DNA of 64,000 bases from Polaromonas sp. (GTDB taxonomy: Bacteria; Pseudomonadota; Gammaproteobacteria; Burkholderiales; Burkholderiaceae_C), in the NCBI GenBank assembly GCA_041442125.1, contig JASDRC010000030.1, forward strand, positions 20,173 to 84,172. The letters are read 5' to 3'. Below are positions 57,825 to 64,000 of this stretch, one piece after another. The notes beneath the pieces were generated by a model. It saw only the letters and a list, made by a program, of their open reading frames with translations. It ran no database searches and was not told where the DNA came from. Position numbers and translations under genes: made by a program. Position 1 is the first letter of the stretch. Each line of letters opens with the position of its first letter.

Positions 57825-58250
57825 TTGGCTTTTCTACGATCTGTCTTGCTCGGACGAGTTCTCACAAAGAGCCGTGGCACCACCTCAAAGACTGGCAATA
57901 CTTACAAGCTCACCGTCTCAGAAGTATTGACACCGGATCAAGCAGCAGAACTCGAAGCTTTCTTAAGTGTTGTTCAGGGGCCGTATGAGGGCTGCTGGGA
58001 TGCGCATCGGAGAGGCTGTTTGGTTACATCTGGATGGCATTGGATGAGTCAGAGCGTAGCAGCACGGGCTGGGTTCATTTAATTCACGAAGCCCATGAAA
58101 AGGAAAGCCCCAGTTAATTTCCTCATGGAGGGGAAAATCGACAGCCCTTGGATGGGCGCATTGCGCCTTGGTGTCGGTCGGGCTGCTCTGACGCCTGCTG
58201 GCCCCAGATGAGGGCTTCTAGACGTACCACCAAGCCGGTGTAGAGAGGCG

Positions 58251-61200
58251 TCATTTTGTCACCTCTAGTTTTAGTTGCAGGGTGATGGATTGACCGTCTG
58301 CGTCTCGGGCCGGTTGGACCTGACCGACTGACGTGCGAGGAGCAGACATACCGTTGGTCTGGGTCATCTCAGTCAAGATCGCGTCGCTGCGTTGGGCTGC
58401 AAGCTGTGCCAGCGCTTCGTTCGAAACGGACTGTTCAGCCATTAATTTGTCGATCAGGCCTTGATAAAAGGAGGTGGCCGGAGTGCCAGCTGCATGCAGG
58501 TCGCGCTCTTTCAGGGCAGCCAGTACCGTGGGCGTGTAGCGTGTGTTGAAAACGATATCCACGGCTTTTTGCGTGCGCGCGTTGGCTGCGTCCACTGGCC
58601 CCGGGTCTTCGCCTGGCACCAAGGCAAGACCCATGGCGGTGACGATCTCACGGCGCACTGCCAGTGACTTCAGCACTGGCGTGTCGAAGGTCTCAGAGCT
58701 GGTGAGAGGCACCACCAGTTTCAGCGCCGGCCGCTCCTTCAAAGCCCGCGCGATGGCCGCTAGTTTCTGTTGCTCAGGTGGTGCGAGGGAGGCCTTTCCG
58801 GGCTCGAAAATCACGTTGTCTAGCGTCTTGTTTGGCTCGCCAAAAAGGCCGGCTATCGCTCTGAAGGGTGCCGTGACAATGCTGCCCAGCAGATTGCCGA
58901 CGGCCTTGCCAATAATGGCGCCATAGTCGAATTGGGGATCGTTCAAGTCGCCGCTCACAGGCAGCGCAATATCGATGACCCCATCAGAGTCAGTCAGGAC
59001 GGCAATCGCCAGCTCCAGCGGCAGATTCAAGGCCCCAGGGCTTTCGACCTTCTCGCCCAGCACAACCTGCCTGAGTAAGACCTTGTTTTTGCCCTGCAGC
59101 TTGCTGTCTTTGACCCGGTATTGCAAGTCCAGCCACAGGCGGCCGCCGGCGATCCGGTAGCCTGCGAACTTGACTGTATAAGGAGAGAGTGAGGACAACT
59201 CCAGGTTGCTAAAGGCCATGTTGATGTCGGTCAATTTCTCGGGGCTGAGCAGGCTGATTTGGCCGCCAATCTTGGCCGATCCATAGTCCTCCACCCGGGC
59301 ATCCAATTGCACCTTGGCGCTCTGGTCCGGGGCATTGCTGATACCCGTGATCACGCCCTTGAGTTCAAGCATGCGCGCGTCAAACTGAGGACGCATGCTC
59401 GCGTCAGAAAACGCCAGCATGCCGTCGGCCACGCGAACGCGCGCGATGTTGATAGGGAAGTCTGTAGACGGCGTGGCTGGCGGCGCAGCAGACTTACGCT
59501 TCAGCACATCGGTCAAGTTCACCGATCGGTCGGCGGCGATGAACAGGCGGCCCGACGGTTTTTCAATCTGAAGCTCGGCGATGTCCAGTCGGTTTGGGCT
59601 CAGCGTCAGTAGCACGTCGTTAGATCCCACTGAGTCCCAGCTCAGGAAGGGGCGCTCTGGTGTGACCTCTTTCAGCAGGAGTTGCTTCACCGCTAGCTGG
59701 CCTTCGTAGACAAGTTGCGCACCAGCCCCTTGAGGGTCGCCATAGCGCAACCGACCGTGACTGGATACTTGGCCAGTGGCGAGCTGTAACGCGGCAAACC
59801 TGGACAGATAGCTTTGCACTGGTGCTAGCGCGATGTCAGACATTTTGAGTTGCAAGTCGACCACGCCGGTTGTGGCGTGGAGCGTGCCGTCCACCTGAAT
59901 TGTCCCGCCGCTGACCAGCGCCGTTTGTAGCGTCAACTGCACTGGCTTGTTGGAGCCGCTGTCCAGTCCCGTGACCTGTGCCTTGATCGGGCTCAGCCGC
60001 AAAGCCAGTGGAGGCTGCACGCTCTGGTCCTCGAAATTCAGGTCGAAGTCATCCAGTTTGATTTGCTTCACGGCGAAGCGCCAGGGGGCGACCGCTTGTG
60101 TTGTTTTGGCTGCCGACTGAACAGGCGTTGGTGAGGGCGCTGAACTAGCCTTGGCAGAGGGTGGCTTGTCAAACAGGCCTAGCAGATTGAACTGCCCGTT
60201 CGCGTTCCTCCATGTGCGTGCATGGCCCTGCGCCAGTGTGAGGGTGTCGGCTTTGAACTGCTGCTGGTGCAACGTGCCGCCTGCCAGCGCAGATCGACCT
60301 AAGAAGACCAGTTCGGAGCCATCTTTCGGGCTGTTCAACACCGCTTGTGTGACTTCCCCGCTCAGGCCATCACCGGTCAATTCAAGCGGTCCATCGGGCT
60401 GGGTCAGTTGCAGCGACTGAGCGGCCAAATTGATCTGGGCCACGTATACCAAGCCTAGTTTGAGCGAGCGTCCGTTCAATGCCACGTCTTGCAGCTCGCC
60501 GACGATTTGATTGTCTGCGGCAACAGCCACGTCGTAGTTGAAACTTGTTGCGATTTTCCCGGCCTGGGCGTCGAGAGTCACAAGCCGTGACAAGGCCCGC
60601 GTCAGCGTGTTGACCTGAAATTCTTTGAGCGCCAATTGCCCCTTGATGGCCAACGGACGCAAGGTCAGACTGCCTTCGCTGGACAGCGATTCACCCAGCG
60701 CCGTGGGAGCGGTCAAACGGAATTGAGCCACTTGCGCAGACACGGTTGACAAACCGTCCACGGCCACAGTCAGCGGGGCAATGCGCGTGATCAGCGGCTC
60801 GGCGAGCAGCAGGTCAGACACGTCAATCTGTGCGTTCGTCACGGCCAATTGCTGGACGGCTAGGCGTGGCCATGGCGCAGCATTCTGGGACTTGGCGTCA
60901 GCGCCACTCAGCTTGTCGAGCATCGCGCTGAAATTATGCCGACCGTTCTGCTGAATCTCCAGCCGCACCTTGGGCGTATCCAGCGAGACCTTGGCGAAAG
61001 TCCAAGTCTGGTCTAGCACGCTACGCCATAACTCAAAATCAAGCAACAGGCGCTGAAAACCCAGCATAGACTGCCCTTGTTCATCAGCTAAGGCCAAGTC
61101 GCCTACCTCCAGCTTGAACAGCAGCGGGTTGAATCGAACATCCGCCATGGCCAGGTTTTGGCCCAGCGCTTCGTGCACCCGCTTTTCGCCTTGCCACTTC

Positions 61201-61325
61201 AGCAGTGCCGGGACCCCGAAGAAACCAACGCCCAAGTAGATCGCGAAAAAGCCTGCCGCCATCAAAAAGGGAAGGCTGAGCAGGCAGCGCCGTAGATTTT
61301 GGCGCGTCGGATGGGGCCTGGTCAA
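58251..61325 (-). CDS. DUF748 domain (AsmA-like) envelope protein
   Basis: N-terminal TM helix, RFNPLLFKL, beta-strand-rich repeats, LAIAVLTDSDGVIDIALPVSGDLNDPQF, OmpA-like tail. Confidence 0.85.
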   Translation of the reverse strand: MTRPHPTRQNLRRCLLSLPFLMAAGFFAIYLGVGFFGVPALLKWQGEKRVHEALGQNLAMADVRFNPLLFKLEVGDLALADEQGQSMLGFQRLLLDFELWRSVLDQTWTFAKVSLDTPKVRLEIQQNGRHNFSAMLDKLSGADAKSQNAAPWPRLAVQQLAVTNAQIDVSDLLLAEPLITRIAPLTVAVDGLSTVSAQVAQFRLTAPTALGESLSSEGSLTLRPLAIKGQLALKEFQVNTLTRALSRLVTLDAQAGKIATSFNYDVAVAADNQIVGELQDVALNGRSLKLGLVYVAQINLAAQSLQLTQPDGPLELTGDGLSGEVTQAVLNSPKDGSELVFLGRSALAGGTLHQQQFKADTLTLAQGHARTWRNANGQFNLLGLFDKPPSAKASSAPSPTPVQSAAKTTQAVAPWRFAVKQIKLDDFDLNFEDQSVQPPLALRLSPIKAQVTGLDSGSNKPVQLTLQTALVSGGTIQVDGTLHATTGVVDLQLKMSDIALAPVQSYLSRFAALQLATGQVSSHGRLRYGDPQGAGAQLVYEGQLAVKQLLLKEVTPERPFLSWDSVGSNDVLLTLSPNRLDIAELQIEKPSGRLFIAADRSVNLTDVLKRKSAAPPATPSTDFPINIARVRVADGMLAFSDASMRPQFDARMLELKGVITGISNAPDQSAKVQLDARVEDYGSAKIGGQISLLSPEKLTDINMAFSNLELSSLSPYTVKFAGYRIAGGRLWLDLQYRVKDSKLQGKNKVLLRQVVLGEKVESPGALNLPLELAIAVLTDSDGVIDIALPVSGDLNDPQFDYGAIIGKAVGNLLGSIVTAPFRAIAGLFGEPNKTLDNVIFEPGKASLAPPEQQKLAAIARALKERPALKLVVPLTSSETFDTPVLKSLAVRREIVTAMGLALVPGEDPGPVDAANARTQKAVDIVFNTRYTPTVLAALKERDLHAAGTPATSFYQGLIDKLMAEQSVSNEALAQLAAQRSDAILTEMTQTNGMSAPRTSVGQVQPARDADGQSITLQLKLEVTK

Positions 61326-61327
61326 AA

Positions 61328-62884
61328 TTAAAGGTCCTTTTTTTCCTTGCTGGCCTTTTGCAAGCGCTCAAACCGCTTCAAGTCAGCAGGACGGATCGGA
61401 ATCGTTTCCTTTTTAAGCAACTTGATCAGCGAGAACATCAGCATCAGCAAGATCACCGTGAATGGTAAAGCAGAAATCAGTGACGCCGTTTGCAGCGCCT
61501 CCAGTCCGCCGGCATACAACAACACCCCCGCAATCGCCGCCATCAAAAATCCCCAGACCAGTTTGCCAAAGAGGGGCGGCACCAGACTTCCATGGGTCGT
61601 CATGCTGGCCAAAATGTAGGTGGCTGAGTCTGCCGAGGTCACTAGGAATGTAAAGATTAAAAATATAGACAGAACCGACAAAAAAGATGACAGCGGCAAA
61701 TGTAGATAAGTTTGAAAGAGTGCGCTTGTTATATCAACGTTAACAGCCTCTGCAATGCCGGTTTGGAAGTTCAAATCATTCCACAATGCGGTACCACCAA
61801 AAATGGCAATCCACAAACAAGCGTTGGCAGGTGGAATGATCATCACACCCATAATAAACTCACGTACGGTGCGTCCTTTAGAAACACGTGCAACAAATGC
61901 CCCGACAAAAGGAGACCAAGCAATCGCCCAAGCCCAATAAAAAATGGTCCAGTCTCTGACCCAGGTTCCTTTTTGATAGGGCTCAAGTCTCAAGCTGTAT
62001 TGAATAAAGTTGGTGAAGTAATCACCCATCCCCAAGACAAATGTTTCAAGTATAAAGACGGTCGGTCCAGCGATAAAAACAAAAGCCATCAAGAGAAGAG
62101 CGATACCTAAGTTCAAGTTACTTAAATATCGAATGCCTTTGCTCAGCCCTGTTGAGGATGACAGCATGTAGGCGATGAAAATGATGGCAATAATAATAAA
62201 CTGAATTAAAAATGAGTTGCCGATTTTAAAGAGTGTGTCTAAACCCGCGTTGATTTGCAGAATGCCCAGCCCCAATGAAGTTGCAATCCCCATGACGGTG
62301 GCAATGACCGAAAACGAATCTATGGCCGTCTTCACCATCAGGTTTTGTCCTGTCACCGGTTCCAGCGCTGTTGAGACCAGTCCATCTTTTTTCTTACGGT
62401 ATTGTAAAAATCCCATGACCAGTCCAACAATTGCAAAGACAGACCACTGACTGATGCCCCAATGGAAAAAAGAATAGCCCATCGCAACACGCGCAGCTTT
62501 TTCAGTATGCGCTGTCACATCTGATACTGGCGAATTGAAGAAGTGACTCATTGGCTCGGCCACTCCCCAAAAGACCAAGCCAACGCCAAATCCTGCGGAG
62601 AAAAGCATGGCAATCCATGTGAAAAATGAAAATTCAGGCAGCTCATTGTCAGGCCCGAGTCGAAGCGAGCCATATTTACCGACCGCTAAAAACACCAATA
62701 CAAGTATGATAATAAAAACAGAAAACAAGTAAAGCCAGCCAAAATTAACTGTCGTGTAAGAAAATAATTTGACGGCTGCTTCTTCAAAACTTTTGGGTAT
62801 TGCAGCCCCTAAAATGACGAGTAACAATATCACTGATGCTGATATCGAGAAAACAGGATTTTTCCACACTTCTTTGATTGTCAT
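61328..62884 (-). CDS. BCCT-family compatible-solute transporter
   Basis: WIAMLFSAGFGVGLVFWGVAEP, FHWG, WTIFYWAWAIAWSPFVG, FLVTSADSA. Visibly AT-rich coding sequence. Confidence 0.95.
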   Translation of the reverse strand: MTIKEVWKNPVFSISASVILLLVILGAAIPKSFEEAAVKLFSYTTVNFGWLYLFSVFIIILVLVFLAVGKYGSLRLGPDNELPEFSFFTWIAMLFSAGFGVGLVFWGVAEPMSHFFNSPVSDVTAHTEKAARVAMGYSFFHWGISQWSVFAIVGLVMGFLQYRKKKDGLVSTALEPVTGQNLMVKTAIDSFSVIATVMGIATSLGLGILQINAGLDTLFKIGNSFLIQFIIIAIIFIAYMLSSSTGLSKGIRYLSNLNLGIALLLMAFVFIAGPTVFILETFVLGMGDYFTNFIQYSLRLEPYQKGTWVRDWTIFYWAWAIAWSPFVGAFVARVSKGRTVREFIMGVMIIPPANACLWIAIFGGTALWNDLNFQTGIAEAVNVDITSALFQTYLHLPLSSFLSVLSIFLIFTFLVTSADSATYILASMTTHGSLVPPLFGKLVWGFLMAAIAGVLLYAGGLEALQTASLISALPFTVILLMLMFSLIKLLKKETIPIRPADLKRFERLQKASKEKKDL

Positions 62885-63046
62885 ATTTTTAATTTTTTCA
62901 ACTTAAGACTTTAAATTAATTTGCATAAATGCAAATGCCGTACAGTCCAATTATTGCATTAGGTAGATAGAATTAATGTAAGGCTTTTTCTCGTGATGCA
63001 ACTGTATTTGTGATGGGGCGCAGGTCACCATGGCATAGATCTCCTT

Positions 63047-63157
63047 GTCAGAGAGCACTTGCGCATCTTGCTCAAATACAAGTACCCATCGGATCTGCAA
63101 GAGGGCGCAGCGGAGCTGGTGCTTCAACAGGCGCAGGTCATGGGCGATGTAACCTGA
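63047..63157 (+). pseudogene. C-terminal scrap of a type I restriction endonuclease HsdR (DUF3387 region)
   Basis: Hand translation VREHLRILLKYKYPSDLQEGAAELVLQQAQVMGDVT*, resembling the HsdR terminal motif L.KY.YPPD.Q..A.ELVL.QA. Confidence 0.65.
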
Positions 63158-63306
63158 GGGCCGATAGATGAAAAAAACAGCCTTTTATCCACGTTAGTCA
63201 AGACACGAGTAAGACCATGACTAAACAAGCATTTCACCGCCTCGCCCAAGTGCACCTATTCAAGCGCCTTGAGATTTTCGGAAGGAGCATCCTCCGGGCA
63301 GCAACG

Positions 63307-63649
63307 TGCTTATTCCGGCGATCGTGACCGCTGATTCCGGTTGATCGTGACCGGTTGCGCAGCGTGCGGTATTGCGCATCTAAATTGTAGGGTGTCGGTC
63401 ACGATGGGTCTGGATTGACCTCCTTTTTGTTTGATTTTGGCTTCTGCCTGAGAGACTCACCCGTCAGGGTGAATCGGTGATTTTTTTGCATCAGCCGGTC
63501 CAAAATAGCGTCGGCAATCGTGGCATCACCTATCCATGCATGCCAATGCTCGATCGGTAACTGGCTGGTGATGATGGTGGCTTTGTTGGCAGCCCGGTCA
63601 TCGATGATCTCCAGTAAGTCAGCCCGGGTCTGGCTGTCGATGCCGGCCA
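63307..63649 (-). mobile_element. Right end of an IS21-family element, truncated by IS3
   Basis: Terminal TG at 63307, repeated TTCCGG(N)GATCGTGACCG boxes, an inverted CGGTCACGAT box, and the istB 3' end. Confidence 0.85.
63399..63649 (-). pseudogene. istB: IstB ATPase C-terminal fragment
   Basis: ADLLEIIDDR, TIITSQLP, W..WIGD.TIADAILDRL, LTGESLR. Confidence 0.9.
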
Positions 63650-64000
63650 TGACCTGCTCCCCATAAACCGTACCGTTCATATTTTCAAGAAGTCCATCAA
63701 CCCGGAGAATGATGGACATGAGAACAAGCAAATACAGCGAAGAGCAGATCATTGGCTTTCTGCGCCAAGCCGGGGCCGGCATGCCGATCAAGGAGATCGG
63801 GCGCAAGCACGGCTTCAGTGATGCGTCGTTTTACAAGTGGCGCTCCAAGTACGGCGGCATGGAGGTCAGCGAGGCCAAACGGCTGCGCGAGCTGGAGTTG
63901 GAGAATGGCAAGCTCAAGCGCCTGCTGGCCGAGGCGCATCTGGACATCCATGCCCTCAAGAGCGTCTTTGGCACAAAGCGCTAGCCCCACAAGTCAAACG
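63650..64000 (+). mobile_element. Left part of an IS3-family (IS407-group-like) element
   Basis: Starts TGACCTGCTCCCC. Contains OrfA and the beginning of the -1 frame OrfB (LAPQVK). Continues beyond the window. Confidence 0.88.
63718..63984 (+). CDS. IS3-family transposase OrfA
   Basis: SKYSEEQIIGFLRQA, GFSDASFYKWRSKYGGMEVSEAKRLRELELENGKLKRLLAE. Confidence 0.92.
   Translation: MRTSKYSEEQIIGFLRQAGAGMPIKEIGRKHGFSDASFYKWRSKYGGMEVSEAKRLRELELENGKLKRLLAEAHLDIHALKSVFGTKR

Noticed and set aside
57825-58082. 85-aa ORF containing GNTYKLTVSEVLTPDQAAELEAFL
   Set aside because: The middle looks protein-like but I cannot assign a family, and the start and ends look degenerate. Not supportable without a search.
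1-64000. CRISPR array, rRNA, prophage structural genes
   Set aside because: No regularly spaced repeats, rRNA signature or phage hallmark proteins seen.

Overview
Chromosomal window of a betaproteobacterium, Comamonadaceae-like by gene order and protein style (inferred, no database search). The backbone is housekeeping: rlmH-maf-rng, msbA, tolB-pal-cpoB, tcdA, thiamine genes thiO-thiS-thiG-thiE behind a TPP riboswitch plus a divergent thiD, the sulfate assimilation operon (TauE-cysI-DUF934-cysH-cysD-cysN-fdxA-fnr), mnmC, yggX, dsbB, argA, hrpA, an aminotransferase, cysB, cbiX, lptFG, pepA, holC, livK and cvrA. There are two accessory zones. The first (about 8.3-19.2 kb) lies between convergent tRNA-Lys and tRNA-Asn genes and holds gene scars, an 87-bp dispersed duplication, an MmgE/PrpD enzyme and several solute transporters. 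The second (about 55.9-64 kb) holds a bactofilin/M23 pair, DUF1232, DUF748, an AT-rich BCCT transporter, an HsdR scar and an IS3 nested in an IS21. The most notable feature is a six-gene block at 23.5-29.4 kb, five of its junctions within 1-4 nt: LuxE-like acyl-protein synthetase, LuxC-like acyl reductase, ThiXYZ-like ABC transporter and an SDR. It abuts thiD and a thi operon that has no thiC. I hypothesise a carboxylate-reducing salvage route that turns an oxidised thiamine breakdown product into HMP or thiamine. All family assignments come from motif recognition, not from searches.
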